Source of the DNA: Zygnema circumcarinatum SAG 698-1b
Taxonomy: Eukaryota > Plantae > Zygnematophyceae
Direction: 5' to 3'
Length of the DNA stretch: 64,000 nucleotides
Assembly (NCBI GenBank): GCA_037447605.1
Contig: CM074808.1
Coordinates: forward strand, 930,001-994,000
A program made the position numbers and the translations under genes. Below are positions 39,904 to 52,100 of the stretch, in pieces. How positions within the stretch are numbered: position 1 is the first letter of the stretch; every line of letters starts with the position of its first letter. The notes beneath the pieces were generated by a model. The model saw only the letters and a program-made list of their open reading frames with translations. It did no database searches and had not been told where the DNA came from.

Positions 39904-40893
39904 CTTTCGCACATACCTTTTCTTTTCGCACATACCCTTTCTTTTCGCACATACCTTTTCTTTTCGCACATACCTTTTCTTTTCGCACATACCTTTTCTT
40001 TTCGCACATACCTTTTCTTTTCGCACATACCTTTTCTTTTCGCACATACCTTTTCTTTTCGCACATACCTTTTCTTTTCGCACATACCTTTTCTTTTCGC
40101 ACATACCTTTTCTTTTCGCACATACCTTTTCTTTTCGCACATACCTTTTCTTTTCGCACATACCTTTTCTTTTCGCACATACCTTTTCTTTTCGCACATA
40201 CCTTTTCTTTTCGCACATACCTTTTCTTTTCGCACATACCTTTTCTTTTCGCACATACCTTTTCTTTTCGCACATACCTTTTCTTTTCGCACATACCTTT
40301 TCTTTTCGCACATACCTTTTCTTTTCGCACATACCTTTTCTTTTCGCACATACCTTTTCTTTTCGCACATACCTTTTCTTTTCGCACATACCTTTTCTTT
40401 TCGCACATACCTTTTCTTTTCGCACATACCTTTTCTTTTCGCACATACCTTTTCTTTTCGCACATACCTTTTCTTTTCGCACATACCTTTTCTTTTCGCA
40501 CATACCTTTTCTTTTCGCACATACCTTTTCTTTTCGCACATACCTTTTCTTTTCGCACATACCTTTTCTTTTCGCACATACCTTTTCTTTTCGCACATAC
40601 CTTTTCTTTTCGCACATACCTTTTCTTTTCGCACATACCTTTTCTTTTCGCACATACCTTTTCTTTTCGCACATACCTTTTCTTTTCGCACATACCTTTT
40701 CTTTTCGCACATACCTTTTCTTTTCGCACATACCTTTTCTTTTCGCACATACCTTTTCTTTTCGCACATACCTTTTCTTTTCGCACATACCTTTTCTTTT
40801 CGCACATACCTTTTCTTTTCGCACATACCTTTTCTTTTCGCACATACCTTTTCTTTTCGCACATACCTTTTCTTTTCGCACATACCCTTTCTT
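39904..40893. repeat. Tandem array, 52 x 19 bp (CTTTTCGCACATACCTTTT)
   Basis: First and last CGC at 39908 and 40877 are 969 bp apart (51 x 19); units are almost identical. Confidence 0.97.
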
Positions 40894-41047
40894 TGATAGA
40901 ATGCGAGAAGTTTTGAAGGAGAAATATGGTGATGGCTTCTTGGAATTGGCGCAGGGATTTTTTCGGAGCTAGTGCTATAACGCACTAAAGTCACTCAGCC
41001 AGAGCAAAGAGCATTACACAATTCTCCTTGGAGAATTTGTAAGGTAT

Positions 41048-41502
41048 TGTAACAAACCCGACCTCAGCAGGGTTTGAACACAAGACCTCCCGGTACCCAC
41101 ACCAGTGCTTTACCATTAAAAGGCAACCGCGGATGTAAGTACTAGGCCATACAACACATGTATAGCGTTTCGCTACATTCCTCCCCACCTAAACCGGGCT
41201 CGTCCTCGAGCGCACTCAAGGGTTTTTACGAGCAGCGTTCAAGCTCCTTCAACACATGGACTACGGCCTTAGCCCCTCAAGCCACTAAGGAACGGGTTCC
41301 CGTACCATGCTCAGAGATCACGGTGTTTTTAGGGTGGATTACAAATACCCGGCACTAGGCTTTGATACCAATGTAACAAACCCGACCTCAGCAGGGTTTG
41401 AACACAAGACCTCCCGGTACCCACATCAGTGCTTTTACCATTAAAAAGCAACCGCGGATGTAAGTACTAGGCCATACAACAGATGTATAGCGTTTCGCTA
41501 CA
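41048..41502 (-). mobile_element. Complete TRIM with tRNA-like LTRs
   Basis: LTRs 41048-41177 and 41372-41502; 5-bp TSD GGTAT; PBS TGGTATCAAAGC (rc 41359-41370); PPT AGGTGGGGAGGAA (rc 41178-41190). Confidence 0.95.
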
Positions 41503-42140
41503 GGTATTGTGTAAGGAAACCCAATGAAGCTGACATTTTTTGTGCATCAAAGCAAATGAAGCCCGCTCTAATCTGGTCACAGGCAAATGATGTTTATCCC
41601 TACCTAGCGCCCTTTCTTATCCAACTTCATTTGAATCCAATGGGTGCTGCTAGAAAGGAACGCATCCACAAGACATCGAAGCAAGTTTACTGTAAAAAGC
41701 GGAGCTCACTTGGAGCAAGTAAGGTAGAACAACAAGCAACCATAGCCTTCAATGTTGCACAATTGTTCCGAACTATACAAGACATAAGAAATTGTGGGCA
41801 AGTTACCTTTCTAGCACGACTGTGTAAACTCAAGGAGGTCGTCGACAACAACCCTATTTCTGCTTGCTTTACTGCTCCTCCAATGAGTAGTAATGTAACA
41901 GCTGACGACCACGGCTTAAAGCAAGGGTTTGAATAAGGAGGTGATGGCAATGACGACCATAATGATGAAGAATTTGAAGACAAATTGTTTAGCTCTATAG
42001 ACTTCGATGGGTTGTTGGACGATCCAAACCTCCTGCCAAATAGTGCACTGTTTGGTGACAACTCAGGTGCTGACGTTGATGACGATATTCTTGACCAAAT
42101 TGATCTGAATTATTATGGCATCATCAATGAAACAAATAGT

Positions 42141-42251
42141 TGACTAGCTTTTTTTCTTTTGTGCTTAGATCCTTTGCAACCAGTCCTTTGTGGTTCCACA
42201 CCATGCTTTTGTCCATAAACATCTAATGGTCTTTCCATCATGAGTTCAATG
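42141..42251 (+). mobile_element. 3' UTR fragment of the CRE-like LINE
   Basis: Homologous to 53931-54060 and to rc 55881-56000; ends CAATG. Confidence 0.7.
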
Positions 42252-42629
42252 TCATTTTCCTCGCCATTCACTTGTCTTCTTTGGGCGTGATTATTATAAA
42301 TAGTTGTTGAAGAAGAACTTTTGTTGGTTTTTTTGTTGTTTGCATAAAGAGTTTTCATCATCATTTTGTTGTTGCTCTTTTGCGCTTATCCTTCTCATGA
42401 TGCCTTCACCATTGAAGCAGCACTACCACATGTCCCATCATCACCGTCACCCTTGAACTGCTCTTGTGGACCTAATTTTCAATACAACTATTTTGAAACT
42501 AGTACAAGGTGTCCTAGAGCTGCCTTACGACATGAAGCTTCAAACCTTGACCATCGCTTACGAAATTCCCGAATTCCTTATACTAAAAGTCACTTCTTTG
42601 GTGTACGAATTCCGGGTCGGGATCCGGTA

Positions 42630-42853
42630 CAGTCAACAGTCCTCATATTTTCGGGGTAGTGTTATTTCCACCCCTTTTTTGGATCCAAACACCCCTTCCC
42701 GGCCGGGCAGATTTCAAAAAGGATTAAAAACGTAAAATGCTTTTTTCACACCTTTTTGGAATCGATACCCACCTTCATCCGTCAGCTGATTTTATTTTTG
42801 CTAACCAAGGAAAATGATACCCCGTCACTGCATTTTGAATACTGTATCCCGCC
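42630..42853 (-). mobile_element. Host-MITE terminus plus the right TIR of MULE family 2
   Basis: TA|CAGTCAACAGTCCTCATATTTTCG, then GGGTAGTG from 42654; matches rc 12770-12980. Confidence 0.85.
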
Positions 42854-42928
42854 TAGGGATGGATTAGTTACGACTATATAATATATATTATATTATACAA
42901 CTGTGACGACTAGATAACGGCTGATATA

Positions 42929-43792
42929 CAGGCCTCTTCAAATAGGGGATTTCGGCTTAAGATAGGGGGCTGTCCCCTAACTTGGTTTTGTAAAAACACG
43001 TGAATATGGACTGTACGGACGAAACCGTGCACGTACGGACGTTCATTATTTCCCAACACTGCTATCGTCGAGTTTGATTTTTCAGTAATTGGATGGGAGA
43101 AAGACGAGTTTCGAAAGAGGTTGACAGACTTTTCATTGGAAGGCATTCTTCACTGCAAACAATTTGATAGTTTGACTGCTCTTCGAGGGTCTCTTTGAGT
43201 AGTTTGCATCACTTCTATAGCTGTCTTGTTCAGCCTAAAACTCCTAAAGGAGTGAGATCATTTTTCATTTCATTTCTAATTTTAGTTCCTATTTCAGTTT
43301 TTCTTTTGTGACTACACCTAGAATTTCAGAGGTTATGATTTGGAATAGAGTTTTTGTGAGGAAATTTCAAGACTATGATGGATTCTAAAGTGATACTTGA
43401 AGTAATTAATGATGGATGGAAAAGGAAATAGAGAGCTTAGGATTGGATCTACAAAGTTTCCGAGCAATTGGGTTTTTGAATAAGCAACTATATGTTGTGA
43501 TTGCCAAATGCACAGTTGTTCTAATTGATTGGTAAAATTTACCAATCTATAAGAGTCAAAGAGGTTGCACCAGTTTCTAAAGCCGTGTTGTTATACCAAC
43601 AAGTAAAGTTCATATACATCATTGCTATCGTGGCTGCAAATGCAATTCATTTCCTTTTTGTTTTTAACCAAAAAAATGCTTTTTTGGGGCTTGTGTGGTA
43701 TTTAAGTTGAAATCACATAAACTAATCTCAAAATCTTACATAAATAAGCTATTTACGATATTTAGGGGATCTCCCCTATTTGAAGAGGCCTG
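42929..43792. mobile_element. Non-autonomous hAT element
   Basis: 21-bp TIR CAGGCCTCTTCAAATAGGGGA; 8-bp TSD CTGATATA at 42921-42928 and 43793-43800. Confidence 0.92.
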
Positions 43793-43826
43793 CTGATATA
43801 TATTAATTTACAACGCCTTTACAACA

Positions 43827-44718
43827 TGTACGGTCATACGGTCGTACGACTTGTTAGTGTAAAGTAGTTAAGGACTTGTTGTACACTAAGTTGTTGGTAC
43901 TAAGTTCTAAGGAGGGGTGTGCTCAAAAGTGTCCACATTGTACGGAGGGGCGTCTAGGCGACCGTACAAGTCTTTCAGGGGTGTGCGTGTAGCGCGCAGA
44001 GTCTGATTTGGCAAGGCAAGGCATCAGAATGTCGGTGGAGCCAATCAGTGGTACGATTTGGAAGGCCAAGACCATGGGTGTACGGACATTGGTCGGTGGC
44101 GAGGCGCGGCGTGGCGGAGTCAGATGTGACGTGGCGCGACGCGACAAATCGGGAAGTGACGAGGCGCNNNNNNNNNNGGACCAATGAGGAGTCGTCATGG
44201 CAGGGGGGGTACGAGGAGACCGCGCTGTCGGTCGCAAACGCTCAGCCATCGCGGGGGGGAGGAACCGCTGACGTGGCGGCACGAATGTCGATCCAGTGTG
44301 AACGCCAGCGCCGGGCGTTCCCACTAGAGTCAGGGCCTTCCGAAATGATGGCCCATCCTGGGATCTCCGACGGACCGACACAAATGAAGGGGCCCAACCA
44401 CGGAAAAGCCCGTTGAGTCGGTTTGGCGAGATTCCTGAGCCAAATGAGCTGACGTGGCGCGACCTGATTGGGCGGGAGAGCAGCGCGTCGGCGCCTCCCA
44501 AAGTCGGTGAGTTGTCGCCTGTGTGCGCGTTCGAGGTGGTGGGAGGCCATGGAATCTAGGGTTTGGAAGCGGAGGGCCAGGAGCTGAAGCTGGGCGACCC
44601 GATCCGGGGGAGGCGCGTCATCGTAGAAGAGGGGCTCAGCAGAGAGGAGGTCAAGGGGAATGCGGGGCTTACGGCCATAGAGGAGCTCGTAGGGAGAGAA
44701 GCCAGTGGAGGAGTGAAC
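43827..44718 (+). repeat. Probable LTR sequence (TGTACGG start), gapped
   Basis: TG start, abrupt GC shift, noncoding, resembles the other LTR interiors. Confidence 0.45.
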
Positions 44719-44728
44719 NNNNNNNNNN

Positions 44729-45582
44729 CCTCAAGATGTCTCAGCCAGGCTTCTGCATCTTCTTGCTTGCCGGTGCAACCTCTAGTGATGATGCCCGTGG
44801 TATCCCTCACCTCACTCTTTTCAGGAATCATGGCTATCAGTTTTGTCATCATCTCTTCCATCTTGCTGGGGAACTCAGTTCTGACACGTGTGCTTCTCTG
44901 CAGGTTGGTGCGAAAGCTGGAGGGTCCTTGCGATCGTCCTGCCCTTGCCCCTGAAGCCGCTCGCCTGGGGCTGCCGGATGGGTAAGTTGTGAACGCCGGA
45001 GGTGAGGGTGTCTTCTGGGGAATCCCTTGCTCTGCTGTAGGACTGCGTGCCGCTGCTGTGCTTGAAGGGACTCCTGGTGCTGTAGTTATCCGACTGAGCT
45101 CCCGTGGCATCTGTCTCTGGTGGGCCGCGGTGGGGACCTCAGGTTCNNNNNNNNNNTGTTGCTGGAACTGAAGAGGAAGAAGAGAAGAACAAGACAACAA
45201 ACCACACAGCAAATACAAATACTAAGCCCAGCACTAAAAGACAAACAAGCATCACTGACATCCCATCTACTTAACACTGACAATAGATCTTGAGCCTTAG
45301 CAGTGACAGTCCCTGATTGGCCAACTGCCCACTGAGAGGCCTGATTGACTACGTGAGGCCTTCTGATAGGTCAACTGCTGACAATTGGCGGCATTTTGCG
45401 GCGCTTCCGAGTGCGCCTAGCTGGATGGTGTGCTGGTCCGTGGGCCGCCAACATATGGCGCCGCCTTCTCGCATTTTCCGTCGGCAATTCCTGGATCAGG
45501 CCGGTCCGTGACACTGAATAGGAATATGGCAAGTACAACTGAACGGACGCGGATCCGTCGAGCGCAGCTCCGTTACGCTACA
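44729..45582 (-). mobile_element. Gypsy 5' LTR portion (45157-45582) and gag N-terminus (44729-45146)
   Basis: rc terminus TGTAGCGTAACG at 45582; gag-like TGKQEDAEAWLRHLE. Confidence 0.6.
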
Positions 45583-46627
45583 CCGATTTTGCCGAAACCA
45601 CCTTTTTGTACGGTAACTTCGTGTTAGCCGTACCATTCGTACTATCCGTACCCTGCAAACCAATCCGTACAATCCGTACAATCCGTACAATCCGTACAAT
45701 CCGTACAATCCGTAAAATCCAATCGTACTTGCTGTACTAGCCGTTGGGCTCCAGCAAAACTCACCAAATCTTCCCGCAAGTGCCGCCGTAAGAGGCGCTC
45801 GCTCCTCGTTCCTCCTTCTTGGCTTCGATAGGATACGATACGATACGATACGACACTGAACGATACAATGCGATACGGTACGATATGGTACGATATGGTA
45901 CGGTACGATAGGTACGGTCCAACATGAACTCTAACATAATACCGCCCGTCTATTGGTAACACGAACCTTCTATTTGCAAAAATCAATATCTTCGCCTCAT
46001 ATTTGCCAAAACCATGGCGAAAATAGGGTAGTGATATTTCCACCCCTTTTTTGGATCCAAACACCCCTTCCCGGCCGGGCAGATTTAAAAAAGGATTAAA
46101 AACGGAAAATGCTTTTTCCACACCTTTTTGGAATCGATACCCACCCTCCATTGGCAGATCATATTTTTGCGAAACAAGGAAAATGATGACCCGTCACCCC
46201 ATTTTGAATATCCCGCATACCTGAATTTTTTTTTAGTCGCGCGGTCAATCGCAGCCGTCGATTCCCTCGCAGATCGCAACATGGCAGATCACTATTTGAT
46301 GTGCAGCCGGGCTCGGTCACAGCGAATGGCAAGTGCCCACGTATCCCTCCAAACTCGTCTCAAAGACATTTGTAACACGTGGCAGATTTTTATTGGCTGG
46401 GAGATAACATTTGACAAGATCTCGGGCCGAGGGACGCGCGCACTCGCACTTGCAATCCAGCTTTGGCGGGACTCGTGGGCGCTTTCCATTCGCTGAGATC
46501 GAGCCCGGCTGCAGATCGAACGGTGATATGCAGTGGTGCGATCTGCGAGGGAATCGACAGCTGCGATTGACACACACGTGTGAAGGACAGACACCCGCGA
46601 ACGATCTCGATGCGGACGGATCTTCCG
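45583..46627 (+). mobile_element. Host-MITE body (45583-46025) plus the left part of MULE family 2 (46026-46627)
   Basis: Matches 19015-19379 and 12035-12645. Confidence 0.9.
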
Positions 46628-46637
46628 NNNNNNNNNN

Positions 46638-48548
46638 ATTCTGATACCGATGGCGAGACTTCCCCTCCTGCTCCCCCGAATCCAGCCCTCTGTGCGCCGA
46701 CGGAGGAACTTTTGCCGCCGGTGCTAGCTGCACCCAGCTTCCCAGCCCACGAGACCATCGGTGATGAAGAGTGGCTGGAGATAGAGGGTCAGATGCGATT
46801 GGGGCCAGCAGTACTCTCAGACCCGATCAAGCATTCACAATTACGCCAAGTGCTGCGCCGAAATCATCTAGATTTCGCACGACATTCACTCGACATTGGC
46901 AAGACCCACCTGATAGAGCACCACATCGATACGGGGGATGCACCTCCCGTTATGACCATGACTCCCTACCGCTTTTCCGCCGCTCAGCAGGCCGATGTCG
47001 AACGATAGATCGATGAGAACGTGGCTGCCGGCTTGATGGAACCTGGAGAAGGGCCTTGGGCGGCCCGGCGTTACGCTGGCGGGATGGCACACTCGATTAC
47101 GTGAGGCCCATGTCGGCCCGGAATGCCATAGCGAAGTGGGATCGCCTCGTTCACCAGGATGTGGACACGATTCTCCAGCGTCTCCACGAGGACCGATGGT
47201 TCACCGACGCTGGACATCGAAGTCGCCACGGCGAGATCCCCTGCGCGGCAGACGTCCCATTTGCCGAGCCGCCCGTCCCAGCGCCGTCGCGATGGAGCGA
47301 TTAACTTCCCCTTTGAGCTCAGAATTCGGCCGGACTCACGGCGCTGGCCAACGGTGTTATTTTTATGGGTATGCGAACCTTCGTGGATGATGCTTCCCTC
47401 AGCGGCAAGGATTAGTCCTCCCTGCAACACATTGACCAAAGCCTTCGGCTCATGGGTCGCGTTTGAAGATTGCACCCAAGAGGGGTACAAATGGGGCCAT
47501 CGGGGAGATCACTCATCTGGTACACGCCTGCGGCATCGATGGCACGAAACCATCTTTCAGCAGATTGAAGCGATTGACGCTTATGCCCAATTCCACCGGA
47601 GAACCTCACTCGGCTCAAGTCTTTCTTGGGACTCACCTCGTTCTATCGCCGGTTCATCAAAGGTTATGCCCTTATCGCGCGTCCCCTACATGCCTTGGAG
47701 AAACTACGGAGTCCACTACGAGGTGGAGCGGCCTTTGAGGATACGGCCGCCAGGGGCGCTCAGAGTGCCCTCCTTTAGGCTCCTTGTATGCGCATGTTAG
47801 ACCCCACCACGCCCGCCCATTATTGGCGCCCATTTGGAGTCGGGCGGGAACTTTAGGCGTGGCGATCAAGCATTCGGGATGGGGAACACCCGGTCGGGAT
47901 TATCTTGCTTGAGGGTTTGTTCGAAGCGAGACCAAGTCTGACCTACTTGAGGGTGAGGCCGCTGACTACCCTCACGGGCGCGAAGTTCAAGCTCTTCTGA
48001 CTACCGGCCCATTGTCGACCGAGGGCCCGACCACGTACCCCTCACTTGGTGCGCACATTATGGCTACCCTCCGACCTAAGTTTGCACGATGGGTGATGAA
48101 GTTGGAGGAGTATAATGTACTCAAGGTCACTCACCGTCCCGGCCGTAGTCACGGCAATGCTGACGGCCTCAGTCGCAATCCCTCGGCTCCCCTCCTCTGT
48201 CACGATCCGGCCGTTCCTGAACCCATCCCTCCACCCACCCTCTTGAACCCTGAGCATCTTCCCATTGAGATTTTTATTGCCGATCAAGACCTACATGATG
48301 TCATATTCGCGGATGGGCTGATCAATATTCCGGCNNNNNNNNNNAGCCGCCGGTGGGAACATCTTCAGGATCTCTACGTCTTCCGCTGCGCGTACCTCTG
48401 AATCCCCCGGATCCTGGCTCTATGCTGCAGGCAGACCCACGGCACCAACCCAACCCTTCATCAGTTTCAGCACGGACGCACGAGTGGCCGTACAGCACCT
48501 GCAACTAGCTCAGCAATCTCCTTTTAACCCCACTTATCTTGTGCTACA
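46638..48548 (+). pseudogene. Ty3/gypsy pol (RT-RNase H), frameshifted, plus 3' LTR end
   Basis: DIGKTHLIEHHIDTGDAPP, PYRFS, FARWVMKLEEY, HRPGRSHGNADGLSR; LTR-like end GTGCTACA at 48548. Confidence 0.88.
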
Positions 48549-48790
48549 TCGGGGCGAATTTCTTGGGGACGCACTTTTGAAGGTGGAAAATATGACGGGG
48601 TCCTACTGTACGAGGACGGTTGACTGTACAGCTAGTACGGCTAGTACGGTTAGTAGGGCTACAGTAGTACGAATAGTACGGCTAACACAAAGTTACCGTA
48701 CAAAAAGGTGGTTTCGGCAAAATCGGGGCGAATTTCTTGGGGACGTACTGTAGTAACTGTACAAGGTGGAAAATATCATGGGGTCCTGTA
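48549..48790 (-). mobile_element. Three stacked host-MITE termini
   Basis: Ends ...CCTACTG|TA (~48610), ...TTGACTG|TA (~48628) and ...GGGTCCTG|TA (~48790). Confidence 0.8.
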
Positions 48791-49128
48791 CGCGCGAGGC
48801 AAAGATCTGTACGTACATCGTACGGCCTCGTTCGGTCGCGCGCCCCCTCGGCCGCTCCGAAGTTTGGCGCCGTCCGACCTTGAACCTGGCGAAGCGCGCC
48901 GCGGCGGTAAACCCAGACTCCCTGCGCCGGCCGCCATGCACGGACTTCACAGGCACGCAAAAGTGCGACAAGAGAGAATCGCGGGCGGAGCGCTGCCTTC
49001 GCAGTGCAGCAGTGTGCTTCCCCCCGTTTCCCTCTCTTCCTCTCGTGTTCTTTCATTCTCTCCCTCCAATTCTCCCCCTCTCCTTCTCTAATCTCTTACT
49101 CCCCAATCGCTCGCTCTCTAGCTGCTCC

Positions 49129-52100
49129 ATGCGCTGCCACCGGCCAGGCAAGCGTGAGATGCAGTTGGTGAACCCACATTCTGTGCGCATGCTGGCAACC
49201 TGTGCAGCTATCGTAAGCAACCTTGCACTTCCAAAAGGCGGCTCTACACAAGGTGAGGTAGATTTTTGAGCCCTTTGACTCTAAAAATAAACATAGTCAG
49301 ATGGCTTTATCTGGTCATGTCCAAATGCTACGTATCCCATCCTTTGGCGTAACTTTTATAGTATGATTTACTTAAAGCACTCACGTCTCAGATGTCTTAC
49401 ATGGCCGTTCATACCTGGAGGCCAGCACAATCGAGCCAGCTTCGTCCCCATCGACTTCTATCCTTCCAAGCATCATTCAAATGGATCCGGAAAACCCAAG
49501 TCCGCTTGGATCTCTTGTAATTGTACCGGCACCCGCACCTGCGCCTTTGGAAAGCGAATTGATGCGAAGACTGCCATCATGCACCGGAGTTTTGGTGAGG
49601 TATACAGTCACAGAGTTGAAGGAGATCCCTTTCCCCGATGCGCCGGCATTCAGCTTCGAGGCAACGGTAGAGATGCGGAACGTGGGAACGGAACCTATTC
49701 ACACGTGGCAGCTCGGATTTGGATTCGCCCATAGCGAGGCCATTACAAGTGTAGATGGCGCAAGCCTCCCTCAAGGAGCTGTTTTACCTCTAGCTGGTAA
49801 GGACGACGGAGATGAGTGAGGGCAAGAGCGCAGCGAGAATGATTGAATGCAATCTTCATCTTAGAAAATGTGAGCCTCCTGTTGGGTTTCACTGTATCCA
49901 GAAATACATAGTTGTTTGGTCCACATAAGAGTCACAGTCCATTCCCTTTTTATGCATGCAGGAAACGGCCTTTTATTAAGCAATCCGGCCAGCTTACCGT
50001 ACATCTCAACTGCCGTACAGACAGCCGGCAACATTGAAGAATTCAGCCACACCATTCGTCTTCAAGGGAGCGAAATCGGTGCAAATACGACTGAAGCAGC
50101 TCTCCCTCTCAACATCGACTTAGTGTCACCGGGCTTCGAATGCAACTCAACTCGGCTTCAACCAAGTGATTATACCCTAAAAATCTTAATGAACCACTTT
50201 CAAACGATAACATCTCTGAGGAGCATCAATCCATAACGGTGCTTTAACTGGACGCAGGGGCGTCTATACTAATTTGTTTTCTTGTTCCTGTGGTGGCTTG
50301 AAGAGTTCGGCTCGTTGGAAGTATGTTGCCCTTTTGTTGGGCCCGGAGGACTCGGTTCTGCAGGTACTAACAGTCTGGCTGCTTTCGCTAGTGAACAAGT
50401 ATATAAAATGCAAAGTTTCTGAACGAGGGTTTTCATTATGGTAGGAACTTCTCAAGTTAGTAGTAACTTAAATTTATCTTGTCAAAATTATAGCCTGGAA
50501 ACATGAACAAAAGAGAGAGATTCTTATTTTTCACGAACCATGAACGCCTAAGGGCCTTCATTTTTCATTTACGCACTCAACAGCCAATGATTAGTTAGTA
50601 TTTGTTCCAGTTATACCTTTCTACGAGACAGCAGCCCTTTGATAACATCCTTACTGAGTTACAGTTTAACATGAAAGTTCCATGCAGTTTTAATTCTGTG
50701 AGCGGCTTTTGTTTTCATGAACGCGAGTGTGCAGCGCCTGCGGGTCCGAAATCAGAAAATCGCTACGACGACTTGCGGGTCACTTGGGATGTGCTGAACG
50801 CTAGTGATCAGACTTATTCGGTACGGACAGCTGCAGAAGGGCTGAAATTACTAAGAATCCTTATGGAAGTCAACCTTAAAATCCTAATGTAAGAATGCAT
50901 GTTGTGCAGGTACGTGTCTCCGTGAGCAACAAGCAGCGGTACATTGATATTCCTACGGACCCCGGATGGGCCCTCCAATGGTCCTGGCAGATGAACGAGT
51001 ACGATTCTGATATGCCCCCATGCAATAAGATTCTTAATTCGGCATAGAGCTACGCACGGACTTTTGCAGGAGTCTGGTAGTCAAAGGCATTGATTTCGAT
51101 TCAACATTTGCAAACTAACGAGGGATTCGTCGACTTGCTGCAGAGTGATGCTGGCATGCGACGGCTGTGAAACTCTTACCAAAGGAGGTGGATATTTTCT
51201 ATTCTCATTCCCACTTCCTTCCTTTTCATCCCTTCCATCCCCCTCTGCGACCTCTCTCTCCCCTCTCGTTCCCTCTCCTCCCCTCCCCATTTCACCCCTC
51301 CCTCCCTGTCGTTCGCTCTCTCTACGCCCAACATTTCCATCTCTTGGCACTCCACAGACTGTGCTGACTGCCCCACCTGCCTCGACTTCGACTTCACAAC
51401 AGAGCCGTACAGCTGCTCGCCCGCGCCAACCATTGTTGATGGCTCACCGTAAGCACCACCTTTGTATTCTATATATTGCCGCTGTCTTGCGATTGCTTCT
51501 GTTCGCATTTAATAATTTTTCTCTCCTCCAAGCACAGTGTTAAACCATGCTTGCTCGGGGCTTAGGGACGAGGGACGAGTGACACTAGTGCTTTCTACTA
51601 GCCTCCACTGTATTTCGACATTCCTTCAAGTTTTTTATAACCCGCACTTCTTTGTTTGCAGTCTGAACGGCTCTTTGCTTGCTTCGGCCTTCCACCCCAA
51701 TTCCGCCACTGCGACCTTCACCATGACAATGGTGAGTGACGTCAGAAGCCCAGAACCCTGAAGAACCCAAACTCTAGGTTCTCACACCCACACCTTTTGA
51801 GCTGCTATATTATTGAGTATTTAAACTTGAACCTGCTGAACTGTAATCTTTTTAAGCCCATGTTCTGAAATCTGGATCAGGCAAAGGGAAAGGATTTTTG
51901 GACCTCCTCTACGGTGATTCTCCCACAAAACATCACCCTCGTGTTGCCGGGCTATGGCTGCGACCCCATATTGCAAGTTTCCACCCGCAGCTTCGCCACA
52001 AGCCCAAAGGCCCGCCAGACTGCTCCCGCTCTCGGTAGGAGACTCCTTCATTCTGCTTTTTATTTAACTCCAAGCCGTTCTTAAACCTTTACTAACTTAA

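Larger units (their letters stand above)
39625..41936 (+). pseudogene. hAT transposase remnant (C-terminal half), interrupted by a tandem array and a TRIM
   Basis: LLKPICACLGYLEGDKATFS, AHALAFRTYP and dimerisation-like W....YPYLA...ERIHK...KKRSSL...KVEQQATIAFN. Confidence 0.75.

Noticed and set aside
39904-40893. CRISPR array, or long repeat-protein genes on both strands
   Set aside because: No spacers, eukaryotic context; the ORFs arise only because the 19-mer lacks stop codons.
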